A stretch of 64,000 nucleotides of DNA from Octopus vulgaris (taxonomy: Eukaryota): NCBI GenBank assembly GCA_951406725.2, contig OX597817.1, positions 83,638,001 through 83,702,000 on the forward strand, written 5' to 3'. Below the pieces are notes generated by a model. It had not been told where the DNA came from and made no database searches. It was given only the letters and a program-made list of their open reading frames with translations. A program made the position numbers and the translations under genes. Numbering within the stretch: position 1 is the stretch's first letter; every line of letters starts with the position of its first letter. Of the stretch, positions 11,751 through 24,538 are shown piece after piece.

Positions 11751-12332
11751 TAAAACTATGACTTTGATATACACGGTAAAAAGGAAACTGACATTTTAGA
11801 CAGTGTTAAAAAAGTATATTTCGATCAGTCTTCATACCATGAAAATAACAAAGATTTGAGCAACACATTTCAAAATAACTTGAAACAGAACAATTCACAA
11901 AACAGTGAACTTAAAGTTGAGAAAAAGATCCAGAAGGCAATTTTGAAATCCCCAACCAGCGAAAAAAAAAGACTAGAAGTAGTAGAATTGTGCATTTTCC
12001 CAAAAGATTTTCTCAGTTGGTTTGAATATATTCCTCATGAACTTTTATATTCCTTGAATTTTTTGTTTATAAAAAATAAAAGATTTGTAATTTTTTCCAG
12101 AGAAATTAGATTGAACAACTTGATAAACTTTACAAGAATGGTGTTGTTATTTTACAACCGTGATGAGCGGTTATTTTCATTTCTTTAACATTGTAAATTT
12201 GTGAATCCTTTATAAATTTGTATATTTGACTTGCTAAAAGTATTAATTCAAACATTCTATTGAAATATATATGTATTATGATTATTCTTTTTTTTCTTCG
12301 CAAAATTAACAATTTTTCTGGTGAAGAGCTTA

Positions 12333-13147
12333 TGTAGCAAGTAATAAAAGGCGGCAATATGACGTAATGGTCGTTTGCCCGAACAAGCATAATTGTTGGT
12401 AATCCGATTGGTTAAAATTACTGCCCATATACGAATTCTAAACTCTCGTTAAAGAAATCTTTCACGAAATACGGTTCTTAGAATTCGGATATAAGCAGTT
12501 ATAAAACCTTGATTTTGGGGAAATTACTCGGTGATCGTAGGATGTCACCAAACTCCACGATACTCACAATAGTGATCGTTGAATGTTACTAAACTCCACG
12601 ACACTCACTCCTTGAGATTTTGGCTATTTTTATGCCATGTCTATGACTTAAATCCAACAAGACTTATTTGAATTGTTGTGAACTCTAGTAGTTAGTATGA
12701 AAGATTAGCTAGTGTGAATTTTAAGTCATAACTCTCTACGACAAAATGACTTTACTTTCCAATTGTACTATAAATGCTAAATGTACATAAATAAACTAAT
12801 GTAGGAATTATTTTCTCTTTCTTCACATTCTTCAACTTAATGAAATTTATTTTTGCAATTATGAAACTGTATTTTTTTATAGCGGTTAGAAGAACACGAA
12901 TTTATTTATCTTCAACATACATGCACGCATAAAATGTTCGTTAGCGAGTATATATTTCTTGCTATGGTGTTTATGTAGCTGGAGTCAGGAATTATGTATA
13001 ATGATAACACTTATAAGTAAGTTATAAGTAACGTGTTTTTCAATATATATTCCTACTTCAAAAGTAAAATATATTTTTTATCTATTTCCAAATAGGAAAC
13101 ATATAAAAGTAGTGTTACACAAGCAGTAACCAAACCGGCTATAAAAG
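12333..13147 (+). repeat. 3' LTR (about 815 bp)
   Basis: Starts TGTAGC after the purine-rich GGTGAAGAG and ends GGCTATA like the 5' LTR. Contains a two-copy repeat of about 41 bp at 12531-12607. Confidence 0.75.
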
Positions 13148-13149
13148 AG

Positions 13150-13350
13150 GTATAGAAAAATTAGCAAAGCACCAGGACCTAGCTATTGCAATACAGAGAC
13201 TATGGGAAGTGAAGGTAAAATGTATCCCAGTAGTTATAGGTACAGTGGGAACTATCCCTAAAGATGGATAGAGGAAATAGGCATAAAACCCAGTTTAGTA
13301 CAGCTCCAGAAAACAGTATTGTTAGGGACAGCTAAGATACTTAAGAGGGT
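13150..13350 (+). mobile_element. Dong/R4 LINE, right part (continuation of 6934-7536)
   Basis: EKLAKHQDLAIAIQRLWEVKVKCIPVVIGTVGTIP...LQKTVLLGTAKILKRV. Confidence 0.9.
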
Positions 13351-13980
13351 TGTAGAGACGACCTGCGTAAAGGAGGTGGTGACAGAAATGTCTCCTTTTA
13401 AACGCCGCACGATCACCCCACAAAGAAGAGGCCAAATATATGGCATAAAAGAATAAGAGTGCCACAAGGAATAAAGAGGACGACACAACCGTTCATGTTT
13501 GAGAGAAGAAGACTTTATTTACACAATGTGTACATGATAAGAGCGTGAATGGGTGTTAACAGAGTGTGTCTGAGTGCGTGCGACATAAGTGTGTGTCTGT
13601 GTGTTCGTGAGTGCGTACAGAACAATGAAGAACAATAGAGAACAAATAGAAAATGAGTCTCTCAGAATACAAACGAATGTTCAGACAAGATGAAGTTAAT
13701 TACCAGTTCGGTGTAAGTCACACCATAGCAGTTAGTTCGGTGTATCAATGAAGTTGGTGGCAAAGAGGAGAGCGGTTACTACGCGTGTAGAGGTTGTGGC
13801 TTCAATCCATTGGCAGGTTGCTTTGGTACAGAAAATTCTCGCAGGTAGAGCTGAGCTGTTAACCATGGTGAATATTCACAACAGCGTGGAGTTAAACTTG
13901 GAACGAGTGTTGGTGATGGTGTGTACGTAGACATGTTGGTGATGTCGATAAGGTAAGGAGTCTAATCTGTTGAGGGTATA
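13351..13980 (-). mobile_element. Probable LTR-like fragment of a second element
   Basis: Begins TGTAGAG exactly where the Dong ORF is cut; AATAAA on the minus strand near 13516; non-coding. The other terminus was not found. Confidence 0.4.
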
Positions 13981-13984
13981 TGAA

Positions 13985-14071
<87 letters not shown>

Positions 14072-14190
14072 TAATAATGATGATAATAATTGATAATAAT
14101 AATAGTAATAATAAGAATAACAACAACAGCAACAACAGCAACAAAAATATACAACAACAGCAACAACAACAATAATAATAATAATAATAA
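13985..14190. repeat. (AAT)n/(AAC)n microsatellite, tail of the adjacent SINE
   Basis: Directly visible. Confidence 0.95.
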
Positions 14191-14404
14191 TCCTTTCTAC
14201 TAAAGGCACAAGGCCTGAAATTCGGGGGATGGGGATAGTTGATTATATCGACCCCGTTGATCAGCTGGTTCTTATTTTATTGACCCGGAAAGGATGAAAA
14301 GCAAATCCGACCTCGGCGGAATTTTAACTCAGAAAGTGAAAACGAAGGAAATACCGTCAAGCATTTCTCTCGGCGTGCTAACGATTTTGCCAGCTCGCCA
14401 CCTT
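14190..14404 (-). mobile_element. SINE family A
   Basis: Reverse complement of the family A head (GCTAACGATTTTGCCAGCTCGCC) and body. Confidence 0.9.
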
Positions 14405-14481
<77 letters not shown>

Positions 14482-14484
<3 letters not shown>

Positions 14485-15133
14485 TAGAGTTGGCCAATAT
14501 CTCCACTGGCTAATAAGTCGGCATTACAATATCAAAACTGCCGACAAGTGGTATAATCACCACCCTGAGGCTGTAACTGAAGGAGAAAATGTAACCATTC
14601 TGTGGGACTTTCCACTACATACAGACCGAACCATCAAGGCCAATAAACCAGATATTGTTGTGAAAGACCAAAACAATAAAGTTTGCTTATTGATCGACAT
14701 GAGCATCCCCTGTGATCATAATATCTCAGCGAAAGAGTTTGACAAGCTCAGAAAATATAAAGACCTACTCATTGAAATTGAGAAAATGTGGCATCTCAAG
14801 GCGGTTACAATACCAGTGATCGTAGGAGCACTAGGAATGATCAAGAAGGGAACCGAAAATTATATGAGAATGATCCCTGGCTTACCATCCCTGCAAGAAG
14901 TGCAAAAGATTGTCTTAACTGGTACATCACACGTATTGAGAAGAGCATTGTCGATGTGAGAACTGTTGCTGCTCATGTATTTTAATTTAATTTAAAAAAA
15001 ATAAAAATAAAAATTAACGAACTACTGAGTTTGGTTTAATGGCCTACCAATGTATACTATGAGTTTCTTTGCCCTAGGAGTCGGGAAGACACTCGGCAAG
15101 AAATGGAAGCAAATTTGAACGAAGAAAAAAAAA
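14482..15133 (+). mobile_element. Dong/R4 LINE 3' fragment with an open RLE frame, embedded in (AAT)n
   Basis: DRVGQYLHW...KWYNHHPE...ILWDFPLHTDRTIKANKPDIVV...LLIDMSIP...KLRKYKDL...IPVIVGALG (PD..D..K RLE motif); (AAT)n on both sides. Confidence 0.92.
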
Positions 15134-15210
<77 letters not shown>

Positions 15211-15211
15211 G

Positions 15212-15294
<83 letters not shown>

Positions 15295-15430
15295 CCTTTC
15301 TACTAAAGGCACAATGCCTGAAATTTGTGGGGAGGTGATTAGTCGATTACATTGATCCCAGTATTTCACTTGTACTTAATTTATCGATCCCGAAAGGATA
15401 AAAAGCAAAGTCGACCTCGGCAGAATTTGC
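15134..15430 (-). mobile_element. (AAT)n tail plus 5'-truncated SINE family A
   Basis: CCTTTCTACTAAAGGCACAA...GTCGACCTCGGCAGAATTTG. Confidence 0.85.
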
Positions 15431-15793
15431 CGAAATCTTTTGTGTATTTGTTACTCTGGGTACAAATTTACATCAGCTAAAGTACAATTTATTTTTATGT
15501 TGGCTCTATATAAAGTATAGCCGGAGAATTTGTTCTCCTTCTAGCTTGATATTTTACTGAATCCATGTCTTTAATCGTTTTGCTACAAAATAATATTCGT
15601 TCGGCCGTAGCAGACGTTTCATGATACACCAGTAAACGTTGGCAAATTGTATTGGCTGTTTTCATTCAGGTGGCCTTCAGTCTCGGTCAAACAACTGTGG
15701 TTCTTCTCACAGAGGTTTTTCAAATGTCGGAGGTTGAGCACTCGAAGAACCTGTGCCAAGGCCATTAATGTATTTTCTTTTAGCAAAATTCAT

Positions 15794-16337
15794 TTCGGAT
15801 AGAAACAATGTTTAGTGTCTTAAATAAATCTTGTAACTCTATAAACAAGGATTAGATAGATTGAAAGGATTGTATCATCATATGATGTCAACAGAAATAT
15901 ACCTTCCCTAATCTCCTTTACCATTTTTCTAGAAACTTTTCGATTCTGGTGTAATACAGGTCCTGTGACGAAAAGGTGTTGTCTTGCTTTCTATAAAATA
16001 TAATCTTCTTCATTCCTCCTATTTTCATTTCTCTTATCTTTCAAAACTTCTTAATTTTCGCCATCTTCGGATAGAAGCAATGTTTAGTGTCTTAAATAAA
16101 TCTTGTAACTCTATAAACAAGGATTAGATGGATTGAAAGGATTGTATCATCATATGATGTCAACAGAAATATACCTTCCCTAATCTCCTTTACCGTTTTT
16201 CTAGAAACTTTTCGATTCTGGTGTAATACAGGTCTTGTGACGAAAAGGTGTTGTCTTGCTTTCTATATAATATAATCTTCTTCATTCCTCCTATTTTCAT
16301 TTCTCTTATCTTTCAAAACTTCTTAATTTTCGCCATC
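15794..16337. repeat. Tandem duplication, 2 x 272 bp
   Basis: TTCGGATAGAA starts at 15794 and at 16066; the copies differ at only a few positions. Confidence 0.95.
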
Positions 16338-17399
16338 ATCTATCCATCTCCCGACGGCACTTAGCTTTCACTTATACGGTTCCGAAGGTCAGCATCTATT
16401 TGTGATGGTACATTTTTTTTTTGCCAACAGTCACAAAAGACAATAATTAGGAATTCATTGAAAGCGTGTAAGATATATTGTTTATTTAGGTGCAATCAAA
16501 GCTAGGATACCATGAGAAATCTTATCTTTGAACTCACTAAATAAATTGTCTCCGTGCAGTGAATATTAAGTAAAAAATATTCTAACAGTTACTTGCTACG
16601 CAGGTAGTGTCGTATATATCATTGTAGCTTATTTCAAACTTAGAGAATTTGCTTAATTATGTGTTGCTAAAGTCTTCGAATAGGGTACCTCCAAACGACT
16701 TGATCTACGATAACTGAAATATTGTTACCGATCATATACCTGGCAAATAATAATAATAATGAAAGCACATATTCTTCACTGGCTACCAAATGTTTGCCGT
16801 TTAACGTTGTTCTTTGTTGGAAGCATCTTTCATCAGCATCAATTGAAAAGTAATTTTGAATCAATATGATAAGGTAAATCTCATGTAACAAAATATAAAA
16901 TTATAGAACAAAATATAAAATTTTGAAGAGAAAAAAATTAGCATCGTCTTTTGCTTGTTATCCTTGGGAATTCTTTAAACTATTTAATAATCTTGTTAAA
17001 CACAGTTTTTGAAAGAAAAAAAGACGTTTTCCTTTGTTCCCAGGAGACATTTAATATTTTATGTAATTAACCTGGCAAACGTAGATTCTAACGCTTTCAA
17101 ATCTATTGCTTCGTATATCTGCACTTATGTAAATTCATCTCTGAATCACAATTTAAATATTAAGTTCTTTTTATGTTTTATTTATATGCCACTGAATCTG
17201 CCCCTGGTGGATCAACGCAACAACTTTTATTACATCAATTACTGTAATATAACATATTTTTAAACACCAAAGAAAAAACAAAGTATATCAGCTAATCACT
17301 CAACTTTCCACCGACACATGAATATTTACAAGGTTTCATCTGAGACTGCGCGATGAAATATTAACGGTAAGTCAAAAGAAGAAAAAATAAAGGTCCTTC

Positions 17400-17622
17400 C
17401 CCCTTGTCGTATTGACTCATGAGGCTGGTTCCCAAGCGTATATACTCCCCACCGGCTGGAACATTGGTCTGTCGCAGGAATACTCATTTTTGCCTGTTAA
17501 CTGGACTGGAGCAGCGTGAAATGAAGTAATCAGGAACACGAATGTATCGCTGGTCTAGGAATACGAAACTACAATCTCACGATAGTAGGCCTAATATTCT
17601 AACCACTTAGCCACATACCTTC
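17400..17622 (-). mobile_element. tRNA-derived SINE family C (GGCGTGTGGCT-AGTGGTTAG head), degenerate
   Basis: CTAACCACTTAGCCAC head on the minus strand; related copy at 20884-21045. Confidence 0.65.
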
Positions 17623-18493
17623 ACAACAGAAAATTTGATTTTCTACTTATTTATGTAACGTACGAAAGTCATATCCGTTTTAAAACATTACAATTTTGAT
17701 TATTCAAGGCTAATATTGACTTTGTAGCAGCTCTCTTTTCTCGTTTAAACCCCGACTGTTATCTTTCCTATTAGAAAATTTTCATAAGCACAAATAGGAG
17801 CACTGAGTAATGACATCAGCAAAATCTAATAAAATTATATTAAGCACATCCCGGATTTTCGACTGTTGACGTCATCACAGATCTATCCAATCAAATTTCT
17901 CTAGAGCACAGTAATAAAGACTAGATCAAAAGAGAAGGAACAGAGAGCTTGGTAGGGAAACTGTCTGAAAGTCAGGAACTTAATGACGCGAGGAAGAAAA
18001 TGTGATGGCCGGTAAATTTTTGCATATGGTAGAATCTCTACAGATATGAGTCAAAATATTATGTTGTCAAAAATACCGTCAACAGACACTAGCATAGTTT
18101 TGTCTTTCTCTAAACACATATCCATGCTCGTTGCTAATCGGGTGCAACGGATGACACTTCCCCCTCACTATAAATCTCACTGTAAATCTGAAGGTGCAAC
18201 ACTTATTTCGAAACTCCACTTCAGCATTATTAAAAATTTGTGCCCACCCAGAATATTCTGAATCATCCCTCAACCCTAAAGTCTGGCGACGGGTCTGCAC
18301 ACTTCTTTCTTTTATGAATAGAGCCCTCGAACGTCATTTTGCTTTATTTTTTTAGAACTGTCGTTTTCTATACAAACTTTTAATAATGTTGCAGAGGATG
18401 ATTAAAAAACAAAAGATTGCTTATTTTTATGGACCTATTTTTCAATTGTTAAATTATTTTTGCTGTTAAAACTTCATACTTTCATGAAATACG

Positions 18494-19560
18494 TGTAGGC
18501 GCAGTTACCTCCCTTGACAGCGGATTTAAACAAGCTCGTGCTAGATGGCGCAAGCAGCGGTGACATTTTGTTTTCGTATACGTCGATGGCTTCTAATCGC
18601 CAGTGGTATTCCACACCAGCACCTCCAACACTTAAGCGCCAACGTTCCTATGATGTCAAGATCAATCCAGCTAAGTGTCTATTCGGCTCTACCAACTTGG
18701 AATTCTTGGGGCATCTCAATGACGCCGACGTTATTCGTCCGCTTCCCTCTAAACTGGAAGCTATCAAACTCTTGTCTCCTCCTATTTCCTTAAAACAGCT
18801 GAGAAAATTTATTGGTTTAATTAATTATTATCGTCGTTTCATTCCTAACTGTGCGGAGAAGTTGCTTCCCCTGAACCAGCTCTTGAAAGATCAACGAAAA
18901 AAGATTCCTCATAACGCTATCTCCTACATCCATATCCATCCAAGCTTTTGAATTTGTCAAATCTGACCTTGCTCACGCATCCTTCCTCACTCATACTATT
19001 GCGGATGCAAAATTGACACTCACTGTCATCGCGTCATCATCCGCCATTGCCGCAGTTTTAGAGCAATCAGTCAACAGCCGAAGCCAGCCATTGGCCTTCT
19101 TTACTCGCCTGTTAAAAGACGCCAAGTTGAAATACAGTGTGTTTGATAAAGAACTCTTAGCAATTTGTCTAGCGGTGAAGCATTTTTCTCATCTTCTCGA
19201 AGACAGAGATTTCACGATTTTCACCGACCACAAACCGCTAACTTTCGCTCTCTTTGCGAAAACGAACTGGTACTCGCCCAGAGAAACAAGACATTTGGAC
19301 TATATATTGCAGTTCACTAGTGACATTCGCCACATCGCTAGCACTGACAAAATCCCCGCCGACGCCTTATCTCGCCTGCCTGTCGGTGTGTGTGTGTGTC
19401 TGTGTATATGTGTGTGAAGTCGACATTAAAGGTATTTAAAGTTACAGCCTTGTTCTATGTATTTCTTTGTACCGTGTTCCTATCAAATGATATTACAGCC
19501 TTCTGAAGGAGTCATCCTTTAGATGGCTCCACGACCCTGATTCAACCACTATCTAAATAC
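18494..19560 (+). mobile_element. Internally deleted Gypsy relic (RT C-terminus and RNase H)
   Basis: INPAKCLFG...LEFLGH...LRKFIGLINYYRRFIPNCA; DKELLAI...FTDHKPL...RHLDYI. Flanks start TGTAG and end ATACA, so they may be LTR pieces. Confidence 0.85.
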
Positions 19561-20631
19561 ATTTTGGCCAATTCAACAATAAACATTAAAAATTCTGCAA
19601 CTTTTCGGGGTTTTTTCCTCCTTTTAATTTAATAACATATTAATAACCAAATTACAGTCGCACTATGATGTGTGTTGGAAATTAAAAGTAAGTGCGTAGA
19701 TATATCAACAAAAATGTACAATCCGAAGGGCCCTATTACAAAAAATAATGTAATAATAATTACACAACACGTTGTTTGAGAATACTGATTCAAATAGGAC
19801 AGAATTTAGACATGTAAATTTTTAGATTTTAAGAATATGTAATATCAATTAAGGAAAAAATTATATAATGTGCTTGTGAAAATGAATATCAGTTAATAAA
19901 TTAGATAAATTTATGTTGTAGGGATGCTATGGAGAAACGCGCCCAGATATTTTCGTATTTTTGTTGAACAAACATTTAAAATTGTACAAGCTGGTAAAGG
20001 GCAATCAGAGGCAAACCAGTAAAACATTTTGGCATTTATACCAGTTGAAACTGTTCTGTCGAGGTTACACCAATGTTATGTTTAATTAGGGGAGATGGAA
20101 ACAGAGAGATATAAAAATATGCTGCACACCATAACTTTCAGTAAGGAAAAAAAGGACTAAACAACTAGTGTCAAATGTATGACTCAAAACAAAACCAGTC
20201 ATACAGGAATAGTTTTCGCATACTTAATTTACTCTATAACATTCTAGTTTCTGTTTCTGATAAGGTGATAATAACGCAAGTAATGACGATGAATCTGCAA
20301 TGACTTGTTTTTGTTAAACCGGCCGAAAATGGTTAATAAACTATTAGTCTATGAGTTAAAATTTCAGATTGACTGAAAAAATACACATGACAGCACTCAA
20401 AGTAAAATGTCGTCTATGTGCGTATGCGATTTATTATAGATGTCATGTGAGAACTTCTGTAATTTCCTCTCGAAATGGCAGTTTTTTTTTCAAAATTCTA
20501 CATATTTCCCACACACCATATATTATGCTGCTACTAGAGTGTTTGTTATCCTTCATATGATGGGTAACTTTGGCAGTATACTTTTACCACTATGAGTAAT
20601 ATTAGGAATTATGACATCCACACAGTAATTA

Positions 20632-20835
20632 TACTGTGTTGTCCGGAAAGTTTGTGCTAGTTTTTACAGGAAAGAAAAAAGTCAATAAATTGAATTTTTT
20701 ACCATTAAGACTATTCTGCAGAGACCTGAATAACAGTGCTCTAAATGGAAGTATAGTCAAATCCTATTTTATGGACTCAACCATGTTCTAAAATAAGTCG
20801 AAAGAATCGGCACAAACTTTCCGGACAACCCAATA
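20632..20835. mobile_element. Tc1/mariner-type MITE
   Basis: TIRs GTTGTCCGGAAAGTTTGTGC and GCACAAACTTTCCGGACAAC, with TA ends. Confidence 0.85.
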
Positions 20836-21058
20836 ATTATTTAAACCTTAAACAGATTTTTTGGTGATTATGTACAAAATCGAGGAGGCATGTGGCTTAG
20901 TGGTTAGAGAGTTTGACTCAAGATTGTAAGTTGTGGTTTCGAATCCTGGACCAAGCGATGCATTGTATTCTTGAGCAAAACCATTCGCATTGCACCACTC
21001 TTCTCAGCTGGAATACCATGGACCAGCGTCCCGTCTAGTGGGTAATATATATATATAT

Positions 21059-21358
21059 CACGTGATCACGTGACCGACCAGACCATCAGATGTTGTTACA
21101 CATCGCTGGTCACAATGCGTTTGCATTGTTTTAGCCTTTGAATGACGCCACCCCACTGGCTAAGCGAGCAGGCCAACAGAAGAAAGAGTGGGAGAAAGAG
21201 TGATGAAAGAGTACAGCAGGGATCACCACCCCCTGCCGGAGCGTCGTGGAGCTTTTAGGTGTTTTCGTTCAATAAACACTCACAATGCCCGGTCTGGGAA
21301 TCGAAACCGCGATCCTACGACCGCGAGTCCGCTGCCCTAACCACTGGGCCATTGCGCC
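21059..21358 (-). mobile_element. Young tRNA(Arg-like)-derived SINE family D
   Basis: Minus strand reads GGCGCAATGGCCCAGTGGTTAGGGCAGCGGACTCGCGG...GTTTCGATTCCCAGACCGGGC (A and B boxes); CpGs are retained. Related to 37514-37803. Confidence 0.85.
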
Positions 21359-21598
21359 AAGGATTAAAAAAAAGTATTAAGATCCTTCCCAAATCATATG
21401 TTTTCTACTATATATATAACTTAGAATAACTTAGAAAGGTTTTGGCCAGTATTGGCCCAGGCCATGTCTAACTTAATAGCACCACCTGGCGAAGTCTTTC
21501 AATTCAGGATTTGGGCACCAAGGCCCATTCGAGCAGAGAGTTATTGTTTGAGGAGACATATCCGAGTGTGGGTGGTTTGTCCGGAACTGTTTGAAGGA

Positions 21599-21679
<81 letters not shown>

Positions 21680-21721
21680 TTTATATGATTCGGGAAGGAT
21701 CTTAATAATTTTTTTATCCTT
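21359..21721. mobile_element. Element with about 40-bp terminal inverted repeats and internal (TA)n
   Basis: TATTAAGATCCTTCCC-AATCATAT and ATATGATT-GGGAAGGATCTTAATA. Confidence 0.65.
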
Positions 21722-22133
21722 TATCTATATTCAAAATGGCGAAGTGAATGCTAATTTTCAAAAGTAAAATATTTATTACCTTAAAATAAAATTAAATAAA
21801 ACAAATTTGTCTTTTGTATAAATCCTCCCACAACTATTCTATCATTTGCTCTCTTCCTTTTCCTCCTCTTCATTCTCTGTCTCCATGGGTCTTTCTCTCT
21901 CACTGTGTATATATGAAGTAGCATTCTTTTACTCATTGCCTACCACCAAACTTCCTATGTGCACTCATCCAGCACCTGTAACAATAAAACTCTATATTTC
22001 CCTCTCACTCTCGCTCTCCTACCCTCCATACAATGTAAAACTTGACTGGAGATAGCAACCAACCAACCAACCACCCAAGCAACCAGCCAATAGATATTCA
22101 TATTAGCTATAATTATTTTAGAGATTATATAGA

Positions 22134-22350
22134 GGCAGCGAGCTGACAGAATCGTTAGCACGCTGGACAAATTGCTTAGCAGTATTCCTTCCGTCGTTAC
22201 GTTCTGAGTTCAAATTACACCGAAGTCGACTTTGCCTTACATCCTTTCGGGGTCGATTAAATTGGTACCAGTTGCACACTGGAGTCGATGTAATCAACTT
22301 AATCCCTCCCTCCAAATTTGAGGCCTTGTATTTCCAGTAGAAAGAATTAT
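22134..22350 (+). mobile_element. SINE family A
   Basis: Full head and body; ATTATTT-TAGAGATTAT on both sides (TSD-like). Confidence 0.9.
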
Positions 22351-22907
22351 TTAGAGATTATCAATATTTTCGTATAAAGAAATAATTGAAGTATGAAAAG
22401 GTTAACAAAAAACTTTACAAAAGAAATCAGGAATTAGGAATTAGTTTCCCCATAGAAATAACATATTTACAACTCGCAAATGAATCTAATTATCTGCTTT
22501 CTTTCCACTAGTGAATTGAATTTTGATAGAGCATAATTCCATAATAGTCTTCTTTTTCTCTTTTGACCTCATTTATCCTTGCAGACAAATATGAATGGCC
22601 GCTGTAGCATTGTTTATCTTCCAGGTCTTTTATACTTTATCTGTTGGTATGTAGCAATTCCCAAGTAACGGTCTCTATTCCATACAGCGCACTGTGCTTA
22701 TAGCATAATGTTTATGAAAAGGGTGCATCTATGTGATGGCGTAGGCGAAAGGACTATAGCTGTCTCGGACTCCGTGAACATTTTATTTGCTCTGTCTCTT
22801 GGTTTTCGCGTTAAAAGCCTTACTCACATAAGCTCCTCTCTCACTCACTTTAATATTTCTCTTACGACAGCTTCATAAGACAACAGCCCTCCTCTCCACC
22901 TTTACTA

Positions 22908-23110
22908 TCTTATTGGTTTCAAATTTGGGCACAAGTCCAGAAATTTCGGGGTAGAGAGTTAGTCAATTACATCGACCCCAGTGCTCAACCCCAAAAGAAT
23001 GAAACACAAAGTCGACCATGGCAGAATTCAAACTCAGAACGTAAAGATGGACAAAACGCCATAAAACGTTTAGCCCAGCGTGCTAACAATTCCTCCAGCT
23101 CACCGCCTTA
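22908..23110 (-). mobile_element. SINE family A
   Basis: Reverse complement of the head and body. Confidence 0.85.
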
Positions 23111-23689
23111 CTCTCTCTGTCTTATTTTTATGTTATTTTAGTGCAAAGCATCGAGAGAATGCCAGTCATCACTTCCTCTATCTCTTTCTCCTCCATCCCT
23201 CTTTCCTCCCCCCCTCTCTCTCATTCCCTCTCTAATGTTCAACCTCATGCCTTTCCATTTCTTGTTTCTTACTGTTCCTTTTTTCCCTCGTCCACACAAG
23301 AAGAGAAAAGAAAAAGGAGGGATAGATAAATAGATATGTGGTATACAAGTAGTTGTTATTGTTACTTATTCCTTGGTCATCTCTGAGTTTGCAGACTTAT
23401 AGTCAAAGATATTCCGGCTGTGACCATCCATCATTTCTTTTTTTTTATCACAGTGAATTCTATCCCGGACCACATTGTCCGATATATTCTTCTGAAGAAA
23501 AGCAGTCGATAGAAATCCTAAAAAGTGTACCCAGTGTAATCAAGGGACACACAAAGAAGGTGTGACAGGGATTAAAGGTAAATTAACAAAGAAGGAAGAT
23601 TTTAGATGCAGACGGTACACTGGAGTAATACGCAGATCCTGCCAAATGCTCAGACGGCTTCTTAGAAGTAGTTAACTTCTGCTACCCAA

Positions 23690-24113
23690 GTGAACAAATT
23701 AGTGGCGGGAGTCGATGTACTGAAACTGTAATAGCTAGAATATGAAAGGGTTGGAGAATATTCAGAGAGCTAATATCTCTGCTAGCAACAAAAGGCTTAT
23801 CTACAAGATCAAGAGCAGATTTGGGGATGATTGCATGATGCTTGTATGCTTGTGTGCAAATAAGCATTGTACATTACATGGCAGCGAGACGTGGACCTTG
23901 AATACGGAAGACATACGAAGATTTGAAGGAAATGAAGTGAGTATGCTTTGCCGGATGTGCCATGCAGCCTGTGCATGAACAAGAAAGTATAAGTGAACTG
24001 AGAGACAAACTGGGTATAAGAGGAACTAGCTGTAGCATGTAAGGGAGACTGCACTGTTTTAGACAAATATGTGAATGGAGGATTACAGCTGAATAGTGTC
24101 AATAGGAAGAGTG
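23690..24113 (+). mobile_element. Degenerate RTE LINE RT C-terminal fragment
   Basis: LHGSETWTLNTEDIRRFEGNEVSMLCRMC...ELRDKLGIR. Confidence 0.8.
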
Positions 24114-24120
24114 AATGCGA

Positions 24121-24538
24121 GGCGGCGAACTGGCAGAATCGTTAGCACGCCGGGAGAAATGCGTAGCCGTATTTCGTCTGCCGTTACGTTCTGAGTTCAA
24201 ATTCCGCCGAGGTTGATTTTTGCCTTTCATCCTTTCGGGGTCGATTAAATAAGTACCAGTTACGAACTGGCGTCGATATAATCGACTTAATCCGTTTGTC
24301 TGTCCTTGTTTGTCCTCTCTGTGTTTAGCCCCTTGTGGATAGTAAAGAAATAGGTACTTCCTCTGCCGTTACGTTTTGAGTTCAAATTCCGCCGAGGTCG
24401 ACTTTGCCTTTCATCCTTTCGGGGCCGATAAATTAAGTACCAGTTACGAACTGGGGTCGATATAATCGAATTAATCCGTTTGTCTGTCCTTGTTTGTTTT
24501 CTCTGTGTTTAGCCCATTGTGGGCTGTAAAGAAATAGG
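24121..24538 (+). mobile_element. SINE family A with a tandemly duplicated body (partial dimer)
   Basis: TCTGCCGTTACGTT...TAAAGAAATAGG occurs twice; AATAGGAAGAGTG on both sides. Confidence 0.9.

Larger units (their letters stand above)
7537..13147 (+). mobile_element. Full-length decayed Ty3/Gypsy LTR retrotransposon
   Basis: Two LTRs starting TGTAGC, a PBS, and gag-PR-RT-RH-IN order with many stops and frameshifts. Possible TSD AGAGG. Confidence 0.95.

Noticed and set aside
13876-15369. Poly-N/I/L/Y ORFs and the N-terminal half of the 221-aa ORF at 14294
   Set aside because: (AAT)n tracts and antisense SINE sequence fused by chance to a Dong RLE frame.
21285-21358. tRNA-Arg-like sequence
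   Set aside because: It is a SINE head that continues into SINE body, with no proper cloverleaf end.
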